The notes below the pieces were generated by a model that saw only the letters and a list, made by a program, of their open reading frames with translations, was not told where the DNA came from and ran no database searches. The position numbers were made by a program, and so were the translations under genes. A stretch of 64,000 nt of DNA from a virus. Of the stretch, positions 36,904-48,000 are shown in pieces. Location: IMG/VR virus record IMGVR_UViG_3300037010_001382, positions 32,001 to 96,000 of that record. One strand, written 5' to 3'. The first letter of the stretch is position 1; each line of letters starts with the position of its first letter.

Positions 36904-38505
36904 TTAATTTACAAAAGTTGATGATGATTGCATACTGGAAGCATTTAATACTTTCCAATTAAGTGTATTTGAAGGAATGCCATTCCAAGTCCAAATTGTC
37001 TGTCCTAAAGAACTATCTATATCTGTAGCGGTAATGGGTCCTGAATTCTGGCTTGCGCCATAGTTTAATGTTAATTTAGCTCTTGTACCTCCTATAGAAG
37101 ATTTAAGATTAAATGGTAATGGTGTAGAAGAAGCTAGAATATTCATAGCATTAGTAATCGTATAAGTTTGTCCTGCTACGAGAGTTAATCCTCCAGCAAA
37201 AATATTAGTACTTGTAAGTGCCATAGTAGCACATGTAAATACACCGGTTCCTGCAAATGCTACAGCACCAGTACCAAAAGATAATGTGCCGAGAATACTT
37301 AGATTGTTATTAAGAGTAGCTGTTCCTGCAGATAAGATAAAATCAGCGAAATTAATACCTGCTGGGCTCATAGTGCAGTTTGCTACTACAGAAAATGTAG
37401 TACCTGTAGTTATCATGGTTCCTGCGGTATAAGTAAATGTACCAACACCATAATTAATATCATTTAATGTTACTGTTCCTGGAGAATTAATAGTAACATT
37501 TTGTCTAATAGTACCTACTGCTTGTAAGCCAGTAGAACTACTACTATTAAGACCACTTATTACAATATTGGTAGTTCCTGTACTAATAGCACCAGCTACC
37601 TGATTTCTAAATGAACCACCTACAATATAAAGAGTAAATCCATTCATAGTTATAGTGCCTGGACCCCATGCTGTACCATTTAATAGATACATATCACTTA
37701 GTAAAGTTATAGTACAAGTAGTACCACCACTAACTACCATTGGAAATGGTGTTATATTAGTAGCACTCATATCAAATGTTGTACTAGCATTGACAAACAT
37801 TGTTATACCGCCTGCCATATTACCTGAAGTATAAGTCCAAGTGCCAGTATTATATTGAAATGTAGATCCTACAAATGTTACTGTTCCTGCGCCTGCATTT
37901 ATCTTTACACTGCTCTTAAGGAAGCCTGTATTACAGGTAAGACTACCTGTTCCTGTTAGATTAATTAAAGTTGTACCTTGAGTTATAGTAGCACCATTAC
38001 TAGTAAGTGTGTTAAATGTAAATCCCGCTTGACAGAATATGTTGTTACCATTTATAGATTGTGTGAGACTACTCACAGATGAACCAGTAGAACATAGCGC
38101 AGCAAATGTCCAGTTATCTGCTAACGTAACGGCTGAAGTAAAAGTAAAGAAAAACACAAACGGACAACCTACGATATGTCCATTAGATGTAATTGTAGTA
38201 CCTCCTGTAACACGAAATGAACCTGTACCAGTTGTTATTAATCCAGTTCCTAACGTTACTGCTCCAGAAGCTGTTAAAGGGATTGATGTTATAGTTAAAG
38301 TACCTGTATAAGTAGAAGCATGAAATGATAGACAGGCAGCACTTGTAGTAGCTATCAAACAAGTAGCAGGACTAGATGTATCAAATACGACATCATCTGC
38401 TGCAGTTGGTATACCTACACCACCTATACCACCTGTGGTGAGACTCCAAGAGTTTGTGTTATTCCAAGCAGAAGCTCCACCTGATACGTAGTATTTTGTT
38501 GCCAT
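36904..38505 (-). CDS. Putative tail fibre/spike with beta-helix-like repeats
   Basis: YYV.GG...W.....WS..GG.GG...PT..DDVVFD start; extreme T/G/S content. Confidence 0.65.
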   Translation of the reverse strand: MATKYYVSGGASAWNNTNSWSLTTGGIGGVGIPTAADDVVFDTSSPATCLIATTSAACLSFHASTYTGTLTITSIPLTASGAVTLGTGLITTGTGSFRVTGGTTITSNGHIVGCPFVFFFTFTSAVTLADNWTFAALCSTGSSVSSLTQSINGNNIFCQAGFTFNTLTSNGATITQGTTLINLTGTGSLTCNTGFLKSSVKINAGAGTVTFVGSTFQYNTGTWTYTSGNMAGGITMFVNASTTFDMSATNITPFPMVVSGGTTCTITLLSDMYLLNGTAWGPGTITMNGFTLYIVGGSFRNQVAGAISTGTTNIVISGLNSSSSTGLQAVGTIRQNVTINSPGTVTLNDINYGVGTFTYTAGTMITTGTTFSVVANCTMSPAGINFADFILSAGTATLNNNLSILGTLSFGTGAVAFAGTGVFTCATMALTSTNIFAGGLTLVAGQTYTITNAMNILASSTPLPFNLKSSIGGTRAKLTLNYGASQNSGPITATDIDSSLGQTIWTWNGIPSNTLNWKVLNASSMQSSSTFVN

Positions 38506-38744
38506 TAGAAGGTTACTAATATACCAATCGGTATTGTAATTGCGATATCAGCACAAGCTGTTTTAGCATCAATCTTAGATTGCTCTGAGATTGCTCTATT
38601 AATAATGTTATTATTTATCTCTTCTAAAGAGTTAGGTCTGAAGTGAGTTATATCTAATGTTATTAGATCAGAATCTAATCCCAGTTGAACAGATGTTATG
38701 ATTGCGTCGTCTATTTGCGAAATTGCAAGAATTTTATAAGTCAT
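38505..38744 (-). CDS. Small protein between fibre genes (possible fibre chaperone)
   Basis: Translationally coupled to the flanking fibre genes. Confidence 0.55.
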   Translation of the reverse strand: MTYKILAISQIDDAIITSVQLGLDSDLITLDITHFRPNSLEEINNNIINRAISEQSKIDAKTACADIAITIPIGILVTF

Positions 38745-38745
38745 G

Positions 38746-40086
38746 TTAAGCTACAGTTATTGAGAGAGTGATTTTAGTAAATGCTGTATTTGAATTTACT
38801 ACAAATTCTATTATATCTCCTGTTGCAAGGCTTGTAGACCACCCTGTTAAAGTAGAACTTGTGTTCTTTTGAGCACTAGTTACTGTAGGTAGTGTAGATC
38901 CTGCTATAGAAGTAGTTGTAGGAAATGCAGCATATGTAGATCTTTTAACATCTATTATGATGGATCCTGTTACATCACCAACAATTGTCCAACTTGTTAT
39001 TGTACCAGCTCTTGGCATAAACATGTAACCTTTTGATCCTGCAGATATAGTACCTCCATTACCTGATAGTGTAACGCCAATTGTAATTACTGGAGTTACA
39101 GAAACATTTATTGTTGTACCAGACATTGATAAACCAGTACCTAATGTTATCTCTTGTACTGCTGTTGTTGTACTAGAACTTCCTAATAATCTGGAAGTTG
39201 TAGAAACAGCTTGCATTTTAGCATAAGTAACAGCATTAGCTGCTATTGTAGTAACAAACGAACCTGTTCCTGAACCTGTAACATTACCTGTTAAGGTAAT
39301 TGTTTGATCTCCTGTATTTGTGCCTGATAGATTAGAAGCTGTAATAGATCTTATACCTAAAACTACATTTGATGTAGCTCCTGTATAAGGTACGTATCCT
39401 GTAACAGATGGTATATCTGATAATCCAGCAATTGTAATATCTTTATCAGGTAAAGTATAAACTCTAGGAGCTGTAAGAGTTGCTAATTTTAAATCTCCAT
39501 TAAAATTTGTTGTAAATCGTATCTGAGGTATACCTGCTATTTGTTGTAAAGCTAATCCATATCCTGTTGATTGATCACTAAAACTAAGTGTATTTGACGC
39601 GAGATTAGCTATAAAACCGCCTCCTTGCACACTCATATTATTTGTAGTAGTACTATCTGCATCAGTAACAGATTGTAGCGTTCCTCCAGTTACATCATCC
39701 AACATTGCAAATGTACCTGTTTTAGGAGGCAATGTCCAAATGTAATTTGCAGACATTGTTGCTGCAACAATACCACCTTGATATCCTGATCCTATATTTT
39801 GAAATGATATAGCTGGATCACCATTAGCATCTAATATAAGTTGTCCTGTATCTGATGTATCACCAATACTAATAGTTGAAGGTACTATTTTAGTAAACCT
39901 TGTTCCATCAATAACAGATATATCAGAACCTGTTCCTGTATAATTAAATACTACAGAATTAGTAGTAATATTACCAGCATCAGTAATAGTTTGAAATGTA
40001 CCACCTCCACCTCCAGGTGTATAACCTAAAGCAGCTAAAATACTTTGTGCATAAGTTAAAAATCCCGGACTAAAAGGATGAGGCAT
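38746..40086 (-). CDS. Putative tail fibre protein with internal repeats
   Basis: Two GGT(F/L)Q..TD...TTN...TLP.K repeats, SGTNTGDQTITLTG.VTGSGT segment, C-terminal beta domain. Confidence 0.7.
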   Translation of the reverse strand: MPHPFSPGFLTYAQSILAALGYTPGGGGGTFQTITDAGNITTNSVVFNYTGTGSDISVIDGTRFTKIVPSTISIGDTSDTGQLILDANGDPAISFQNIGSGYQGGIVAATMSANYIWTLPPKTGTFAMLDDVTGGTLQSVTDADSTTTNNMSVQGGGFIANLASNTLSFSDQSTGYGLALQQIAGIPQIRFTTNFNGDLKLATLTAPRVYTLPDKDITIAGLSDIPSVTGYVPYTGATSNVVLGIRSITASNLSGTNTGDQTITLTGNVTGSGTGSFVTTIAANAVTYAKMQAVSTTSRLLGSSSTTTAVQEITLGTGLSMSGTTINVSVTPVITIGVTLSGNGGTISAGSKGYMFMPRAGTITSWTIVGDVTGSIIIDVKRSTYAAFPTTTSIAGSTLPTVTSAQKNTSSTLTGWSTSLATGDIIEFVVNSNTAFTKITLSITVA

Positions 40087-40087
40087 A

Positions 40088-40462
40088 TTAAATTATAAAA
40101 TAATTAGTACCATCAAATTGATATTGCTTTGATGTATTTAAAATAGAAATAACAGAATTAGCACTACCATCTATCAATCCTGATGTAGGAACTACAGTTA
40201 CTGTATTTACATCACTTGATATTTTCTTTATATTATATATCTTACCTTGTGATGCAACTGGTAAAGTTAATGTAATATTTCCTGCAGTTGTATCTACTAA
40301 AACTGTATAATCAACACTTTGAGCAGTATAATTTGCAGTAACAGTTTCTATAGGTAATGTTCCAGAATAAAACTTTATATACTGTAACAGTTTCTTAAAA
40401 AACTTTATATCTTTAAATAGTTCAACTGTTTCTTTATAATTGTAATTAAATAATTCTGCCAT
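40088..40462 (-). CDS. Small fibre-like structural protein
   Basis: TANYTA...DYTVLVD...GNITLTLP...G..Y.IKK motif; start at MAELF, downstream of the promoter. Confidence 0.6.
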   Translation of the reverse strand: MAELFNYNYKETVELFKDIKFFKKLLQYIKFYSGTLPIETVTANYTAQSVDYTVLVDTTAGNITLTLPVASQGKIYNIKKISSDVNTVTVVPTSGLIDGSANSVISILNTSKQYQFDGTNYFII

Positions 40463-40477
40463 AATATGTATATTATG

Positions 40478-40523
40478 CAAAGGTACGCTAAATAGTTGGT
40501 TTTATCCAGTTTAGCGTACCTTT
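40478..40523 (-). promoter_or_regulatory. Promoter -7 box embedded in a perfect 14-bp inverted repeat
   Basis: CAAAGGTA 40478-40485 (TACCTTTG on minus); arms AAAGGTACGCTAAA 40479-40492 and TTTAGCGTACCTTT 40510-40523; -33 box imperfect. Confidence 0.65.
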
Positions 40524-40574
40524 TTACAATATTATAAGCGCATTATATAGCATTATTATATTATCTCTTGTTGC

Positions 40575-43500
40575 TTATTTAGCTAGCTTCTTATTACCAA
40601 CTTGTATACCTAATTCCTTTGCTAAATCAGGCATTAACACTGATATATAACTAGGAAATTGAGCTGATACAGGTAACATTTTCATAGCATATTTTGCTGG
40701 ATGTGCATTCTTTACTTTTTCTTCATCATTCAATAATTTACCTAATCCATAATCTGCAAAACTACCACTAAATCTAGCAGCATCTGTAAGTAATCCTAAA
40801 GTAGGAAATAATGAACCATTTACTATATTCTGCATTGAAATAGGATTATAATATAAGTTAATTTCCTCATAAGATCGTTCTAGTACTCTTTCTGTAAAAG
40901 CATAATAACCTTTTTTATCTTTATCAGCATCATGTGCAACAGCAATTAATCCTGCAAGAGCACTCGCTAATAACATCATACAAGCTATTTCTTTTGTTTG
41001 CTGAGCTATGTTTTTTCTTACTAAATCATAGAATTGCTCTTTAGTCATATCAAACTTTCCACCTCTTTCTTTTTCAAAATCAGCTTTCTTTTGTTCATAT
41101 AACTTTTCCATTAAACCTATTCCTTTATCTGTAACTCTATACATTGATGTCATATCAGAAATAGAAGATAATCCATTTTCAACTATTAATTTACCCATCA
41201 TCCTAATACGACCCCATTTGTATTCTTGTATAGATTCACTATGCTTTAAATCTACAAATCTAGTATCTATCATACCAAAGATCCAGTTGTGAAACATTGA
41301 TAACTGACGACCTAAAACTGTCATTCTTAAGCGAGATTCATTTTCTGTAGAGATGTTACCTGATACTTTGCGACCAATAGTTCTTACTAAACCTTTAAAT
41401 TGAGCAACAGTAGCATTATCCATATCAAGACCATCTATCTTTAGCTTACCATCTACCATAGAAGCTTTATTTATAAGACCATGTTGTTCTACTAGTTCTT
41501 TTACTCTATTTTCTAAATTAGAAGCTATTTCATCTCTTTCAGATTTAGATTTTGTTAAATCATATCTAGCTTGACCATCAAGCATTCTTTGATACTTATA
41601 AGCATTATGTATTTTTCCATCTATTATAATTGTATTATCAAGCATTGCGCCAAAGTTTACATACTGAACGTAATCATGCGCTCGTTTAATCATACCCATT
41701 AAGAAATCTGAAGCGGATTGGTTCGTGAGATGAGATAGCGACAATGCATTCATTTCATGTTGCATTTGACCATCTACAGGCCAGAAATGCTTCAGTAATG
41801 CAATATGTAATTCAGCATTACCTTTGTAGAACTGCAGTTGAGTATGTCTCAATTCATGTGCAAAGTAATCTTTTGTACTATAATATTCTCCTGCGCCTAT
41901 TAATCCTTGAATATTTGTACTTAAAAAACGATAAGTAGAAGCTCCAACATTTATACCTAGAACTTTTATCTGCTGTATTGTTTTCATTGCTTCAAGCGTC
42001 TTCATAAATGAAAAGTGACGTTGACCATTCAATTCAGGCATTATTTCAAATCCAAGACGTTTGTTCATCTTTTCTCTTATATTATTCCAAGTATCATTAA
42101 TAGCTTTTCTTGATGCTATGTCTGTATACCTACTTTTAACATAAGATTGATCATATAGTTGATTTTGTACGAAATCTTTTAATAATTGATAATTTTGATC
42201 ATTATCACGTTTAGGATCTGCACCTTCAATTAAATTACCAAATATATTAGCTTGCAAAGATTCTTTATTCTTTTCAGCCCATAATAGCAATTTTGTAGAT
42301 TCTTCTATCTTACTTTTACCATCATATTCCATTACTTTAGCAGTATATAGTGCTAAGTTTTTAACTATATCATCAGATACATTAGAATGATCTATATAAG
42401 TTTTACCATCTGTACCTACTACTTCTTTACCGAAATCATTTGTAAAGTATTTTACTAAAGAATCTACCTGATCATTTGCAAGTCTATCATATTTACCAAA
42501 ATCTATATCAGTACGTCCTACAGTTAATGAATTAACAATAGAATCCATAAATGAATACTTACCACCAAATACAACTTTATCTGCTAGGCTCTTGTGTAAG
42601 AAAGGTAAGAATGTTGTCATTCTATCATACTCGAGATAGCCTGAGGAAGTTGCAATTCTGTTTATCTTTTGTGCATAATTATATAATGCTAATACAGGAG
42701 CATTTTCTGGTTTGTCTACCAAATTCTTATATTCATCACTTCTCCATGTTTCTTTCTTAGGAAACTTTCTTATCTCTGGTTTGAAGTATATCTCAGAACC
42801 ATTAATATCGTATTCTGTACCCTTTTTCTCCTCATACTGAGCTTGAAAGTATGGATCTTGAATGTTATCTCTTGAGTATTTATAAGCCTTAGTTTTCTCT
42901 TCTATTGCCCATTTCTTGACAGCTTCTGTATCAATATTTTCCTTTATCCACTTAAGATTCTCAGCATTCTTTTCTTTCTGTTTATCTCCTAAGGTAGTAT
43001 AAAATTCTTTCTTATATTCTCTTACTAATCTATTAGCATAATGACCTTTCTCATCTTTCTGCTTAATAGCATCTAATAAATCTTTATTAGAACGACCTTT
43101 CAACCAACCTTGTACACCTTCATAAACAGTATTAAGCTCATTAAGATGTTCTCTTGTTCTATTTTGATACTGATTACGTGTATTTTCCATCATGCGTGTA
43201 AACACATAATGCGCTTTTGTTGTAGCTTCAGTAAATGGTTGTGCATTACCTTCATACCAACCTACTGTCTTTTCTGGTAATAGTAAATTCTCTATACCAT
43301 ATTTAGTTGCAAGTTTATCTTGTACAAATTCACGCTTAACTTCATCTAATCTATGTAATGCTTCTAATGCATGAACAGATGCATTTTTCAAATTATCAAA
43401 TAGTTTCTTTTCAGAAGGACTAGGATTATCATAGAAGTCTTTGTATCTCAAGTACATATCACTGAAGGTACGTAATTGATCTGATAGTTTATTTAATTTA

Positions 43501-45041
43501 GACGATTCAGCTGCAAAATCTGCTTCTGTAAAATCAGCAACAGGTTTTGTTCTGACATCTCTTATAAAATTAGAAACAATAATATCAGAAGATTTAGCAC
43601 TCATTTCAATTAGATTGATAAGTGGTGGAATACCTTTCTGATTCTGTACAGCACGTATGGTCCTTCTGATGCCTTTCATAGCTTCAGAATTCTCATCACT
43701 ATATTTCTGATTGTCTTTAGATTTATAAACATCTATTAAGCTTTGTATCAACTTATCAGTTTGTTCATTACCTGAAGATTGATCCCATGTTGGTACTGGA
43801 TCTATACTTTTTCTGTTATTTGATGCACTGTTAAATCCATCCCAGTTTGCAGCAGTTATACTAATTTTATTTACTGCTATATACATTGGAACAACTTCAC
43901 TTTTATCAAATTGTTTTATTCCATATGCATTCTTTAGAATACCTTTTGTCTGATTAAGATAATCAAGCATTAATTCCTGATCTTTAGGACGAACATCTCT
44001 AGGACCTTCTTGATGAATAGGTTTCCAGTTACCTTCTCCTATAACATCAAATGAGAATATATCAGCTTTACCATTTGGTTTTAAAGCTAAGAAATCTACA
44101 CGAGATGCTTTATCATAAGTTTGATTATAAACAGGTTTATTATAAATAAATCTTGTATTTATAGGATATGATTCTACTCTTTGTTTTAGAGCAGATTCCA
44201 TCATACTATAAACAGCAGGAAATTTACCATCCTTACCTTCTTCTAAAGGTTCAATAGTATCTCTCATGCGACCATTCTTATCTACTAGACGATCCATTAT
44301 ATGCTCCATGTGATCATGTAATTGCATTGCGAGACGTCTACCCACTTCTGTTTGAATTCCTACTGATTCATCATTAGTTTTATTTTTTACTATATGACCA
44401 TCTTTAGTTTCATATGTAGAAGTTAGCTTACCATCTTTTAACTTTTGTATCAGTTTAACTTCACTTCCTACTTGTTGCAACTTTGCAAACTTTTCATCTA
44501 CATCTTTTTCTATCTTAGGATCCATAGGAGCAGGATTCTCTATATGAGGATCTGCTGTTACAGATGTTAGAGTATGTCCTGGTTTACCTTGAAAAGATAC
44601 TGTACTACCAGCGACAGGAGATAAAGCATCAAATAATGGAGTTGAAAAGGCAGTAGTAGCTGCACCATTACCTGCAGATCCTGTAGTTAAATTAGGATTA
44701 CCATTAGGCACAGAATCACCAAAGCGATCTATTCCTGAAGGTTCTTGTGTTGCATAAAAAGTTTCTACGTAATGATCATAATATTTATCTACTAATTTAG
44801 CACTAGGATTTATAGTAACGGAATGACCGTCAGAGTGTTGTTCTCTGACGGCTATATCCTCTTTATACTCTTTATTAATTTTTCTAACAAGCGACTCAGC
44901 TACTTTATAAGCTCCACCTTTAGGATAATCACTCTCTCGTACAAAGAGAGTGTTATCATCTATTTTCCTAATGGTATCTCTTGTTTCTTGACGCATAATA
45001 TACTTTATTATGCTTTTTTCTGTGTCTACTTTACACTTCAT
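40575..45041 (-). CDS. Large virion cargo/ejection protein (1488 aa)
   Basis: Directly downstream of the RNAP gene as in crAss-like phages; degenerate PD-(D/E)XK-like segment; hydrophobic helix near the C-terminus. Confidence 0.7.
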   Translation of the reverse strand: MKCKVDTEKSIIKYIMRQETRDTIRKIDDNTLFVRESDYPKGGAYKVAESLVRKINKEYKEDIAVREQHSDGHSVTINPSAKLVDKYYDHYVETFYATQEPSGIDRFGDSVPNGNPNLTTGSAGNGAATTAFSTPLFDALSPVAGSTVSFQGKPGHTLTSVTADPHIENPAPMDPKIEKDVDEKFAKLQQVGSEVKLIQKLKDGKLTSTYETKDGHIVKNKTNDESVGIQTEVGRRLAMQLHDHMEHIMDRLVDKNGRMRDTIEPLEEGKDGKFPAVYSMMESALKQRVESYPINTRFIYNKPVYNQTYDKASRVDFLALKPNGKADIFSFDVIGEGNWKPIHQEGPRDVRPKDQELMLDYLNQTKGILKNAYGIKQFDKSEVVPMYIAVNKISITAANWDGFNSASNNRKSIDPVPTWDQSSGNEQTDKLIQSLIDVYKSKDNQKYSDENSEAMKGIRRTIRAVQNQKGIPPLINLIEMSAKSSDIIVSNFIRDVRTKPVADFTEADFAAESSKLNKLSDQLRTFSDMYLRYKDFYDNPSPSEKKLFDNLKNASVHALEALHRLDEVKREFVQDKLATKYGIENLLLPEKTVGWYEGNAQPFTEATTKAHYVFTRMMENTRNQYQNRTREHLNELNTVYEGVQGWLKGRSNKDLLDAIKQKDEKGHYANRLVREYKKEFYTTLGDKQKEKNAENLKWIKENIDTEAVKKWAIEEKTKAYKYSRDNIQDPYFQAQYEEKKGTEYDINGSEIYFKPEIRKFPKKETWRSDEYKNLVDKPENAPVLALYNYAQKINRIATSSGYLEYDRMTTFLPFLHKSLADKVVFGGKYSFMDSIVNSLTVGRTDIDFGKYDRLANDQVDSLVKYFTNDFGKEVVGTDGKTYIDHSNVSDDIVKNLALYTAKVMEYDGKSKIEESTKLLLWAEKNKESLQANIFGNLIEGADPKRDNDQNYQLLKDFVQNQLYDQSYVKSRYTDIASRKAINDTWNNIREKMNKRLGFEIMPELNGQRHFSFMKTLEAMKTIQQIKVLGINVGASTYRFLSTNIQGLIGAGEYYSTKDYFAHELRHTQLQFYKGNAELHIALLKHFWPVDGQMQHEMNALSLSHLTNQSASDFLMGMIKRAHDYVQYVNFGAMLDNTIIIDGKIHNAYKYQRMLDGQARYDLTKSKSERDEIASNLENRVKELVEQHGLINKASMVDGKLKIDGLDMDNATVAQFKGLVRTIGRKVSGNISTENESRLRMTVLGRQLSMFHNWIFGMIDTRFVDLKHSESIQEYKWGRIRMMGKLIVENGLSSISDMTSMYRVTDKGIGLMEKLYEQKKADFEKERGGKFDMTKEQFYDLVRKNIAQQTKEIACMMLLASALAGLIAVAHDADKDKKGYYAFTERVLERSYEEINLYYNPISMQNIVNGSLFPTLGLLTDAARFSGSFADYGLGKLLNDEEKVKNAHPAKYAMKMLPVSAQFPSYISVLMPDLAKELGIQVGNKKLAK

Positions 45042-45042
45042 A

Positions 45043-48000
45043 TTAGCAGTTATTTTCCTCTGTTAAATCTATTGGTGGCAAACCATCTGGTTCTACTTTA
45101 TTAGGATCTTTATTACCTATCAGTTTTTCGTACTTTTCAAGTACATCTTTTCTGATACCAGAATCTGCAGATAATTCAGCTCCCATATTGCTTTCTGCCA
45201 TTGTAAATATACGACCATCATTTGTTACAGCATACTTAATTCCATTCTTAGCTTCAACAAGCTTATGTGGTAAGAATCCTGATTTTAACAAAGCTTTGTT
45301 GATTAGTTTCTTATCCTTAACTGGATCTAACTGATCTCCTGTAGTTTTATTATAAACTTGTCCTGTTGGAGTAACACTTAATGACCAATCAGATTTATCA
45401 TCTTTCTTGACTGTTACTTCTACATTCTTTGGTGTATTATCTGGTTCTACAAAGTTACCACTTTTTTCTGGTTCTACCAAATTCTCTTTTGGCTTTAAAA
45501 AACCATCTTCATCAAGTTCTTGAAAATTACCTTCTTCGTCAGTAACACCTTGCTTCTTTAGCGACTCGTGATATTCACGCATATCATCATAGAATTCTTG
45601 TATTCCTTCTATAATAGCACTATGTGGTATTTCTGCAGGCACTTGATAACCATCTGTTCTTAGAACTGACATTGGACTATCTGGAGTATGCTCTTCGAGT
45701 AAACGACCATCGCCCTTTGTAGAAATTGGAACATATAAGTACCATTCTTGACCACCTTCTTGAATAGTAAATTCTTTACCATCTTTACCACGTACTTTCT
45801 GTAAGAAGTAACTTGGATCTTTTACTACTGGATCTAAATCTTGTGATCTAGCTATAGCATTAGAAATACTTTCTGCATGTAAAGTTATGAAATCATATTG
45901 TGCAGACAAGTTATCAAGAGGTAATTTAAAAGGTATATAATCTTGGTATGGTCTGTAAGCAAACTCTACCTTATCATTAGGATCATACATATCCCTCTTT
46001 GTTAAACCAATTGTTTTCTTTGTAGTATTACCAGTTTTATTTATAATCTTAGTGGCATTATCTACAGCTTCTTTTTTGGTAGCTCCTCGAGATATCTCTC
46101 GTCCTGTTTTATCATTAATAACAGCAAATTGTCCATCTTCAGTTTCATGAACCATAAGCTTCAACTTAGGATGATCTTCACTTGTGATACGATTACCTTT
46201 AATTGCAGTTTCAGCTCTTTTTCTTCCTATTACTTTCTTTGTAGATTCTTCTTCTTCAGAATTAATCTTTAAATCTGCAACTGGATGATATTCATTTACT
46301 GTCTTAGCAGTTTTCTCAGCATAAGGAACACTCCAACTCTCATTAGCACGTTCTCTTATTGATTTGAAAACTTCAGCAATGTCTGGAGAAACTCTATACT
46401 TAGATTTACCAGAACCATCTTCGTTCATGTCCCATATTTCTTTTTCTTGTGGAACAATCTTTTTATCTTGCCACTTATTTCTGAAAAAGTCTTTAGAATC
46501 ATAAAACTTCTGAAGCATTTCTTCACTATTTACTTTACCATTATTATCAACTAATTCATTGATTGCTGGCGATACTATCTTAGCATAATCTTCAGCTGGC
46601 ATATACTTGCCAAATGATATATCAGAGTTAGCTAATCCTGATTGTAAAAACGATGCAATTAATATATCATTGTACAAATCTTTATATTTCAAAGGAATTG
46701 TAGAATCTCTAAATTCACGCATTGCATCTGTTAGAACATCAATAGAGAATGAATCTGTTGGTTTAGAAGATAAGAAGATATTTTTAATATCTGCAACATT
46801 CTTCTTTGTTTTAACAACTAATCTCTTTAAGAATAAACTATTTGCAATATCACTATTTGAATCATTCTTAAGATCTTTTCTTAATTGCTTGATACGTGCT
46901 GATATACTTGTTTTCTTATCAATAAGTAATTCATGTATACGTTCATTGTATCTCTTGTCAGTAACACCTTCATATTCTTTTCTACTTAAAGCATTAAGAT
47001 CTGAATTTTGTACTAAGAAGCTTATTAAGTTTTCTTCTACAGCTTGAGCAGCTCTTTGATAATTATCACCACTCATTCTTGAAGGTAACATATTAAGAAT
47101 ACCTTTTACGTATGTTCTAACTATAGGATGTCCTATTTTGAACATTGATTCGTTAATAGCGACTGAAGATTGACCAACATGTTTCATTAAGTTTTCTAAA
47201 TGATTAGCTTGCAAAAGCTCATCTATAGATGAAATTATGATACTTGTTCTAGCTTTTTCTACTATATCTCTTTTACGAAGTTGCATATTAGGTTCAGCCA
47301 TTGATTTAGTATCCCATGTAGAAGCTTCTTGCATTACAAACATATGATCTGATATAACTTTATATTTCAGGAATTCCTGTAATATTGCATGTTGTTCCAG
47401 ATTCTTTTCTTTAGAAGACAATTGTCCATCTTTATAGAATGATCTGATATTTTCTGGCAAAGCTCCTAAGAATTGAGGATTATCAAATCCTTCCTTCATA
47501 CGTTCATTAATAGCTTTCTGCATATTAATAGACCAAGCTTTCTTTTCAACAGCAGTTCTATTTGGAATATCTACAGGAAACATATCAAATAATGACCTTC
47601 TTTCTGTAGAATCTACTCTTTTCAGCATAAATGTACTATCATTCTTAGCGAGCATTTTTACGAATTCTCTTATGATAGGTTGGTTAGTAAATAACCCTGC
47701 TGTTTCTGGATCTATGCCCATTTTCAACATTGTAAAATAAGTCGAACTTATCATGTGATGTTGTATGATGTTCATTATCCATGCACCTTTCGCAACGTCA
47801 GCATAACCATCTATACCTTGTGATATGTTATCTGATATCACTTGTTTTTTATTATCTGTTACTCCTGAAAAAGTAGGCAAAGCACGTCCTTGTTCAAATG
47901 GAACTTTTTCTAATGCACCAGCTTGTGCATTCCATCTATATGTATAATTTACTGTTGTTTTGTTATGTGGTAATAATATTTTTGTATCACCTATAAATGT

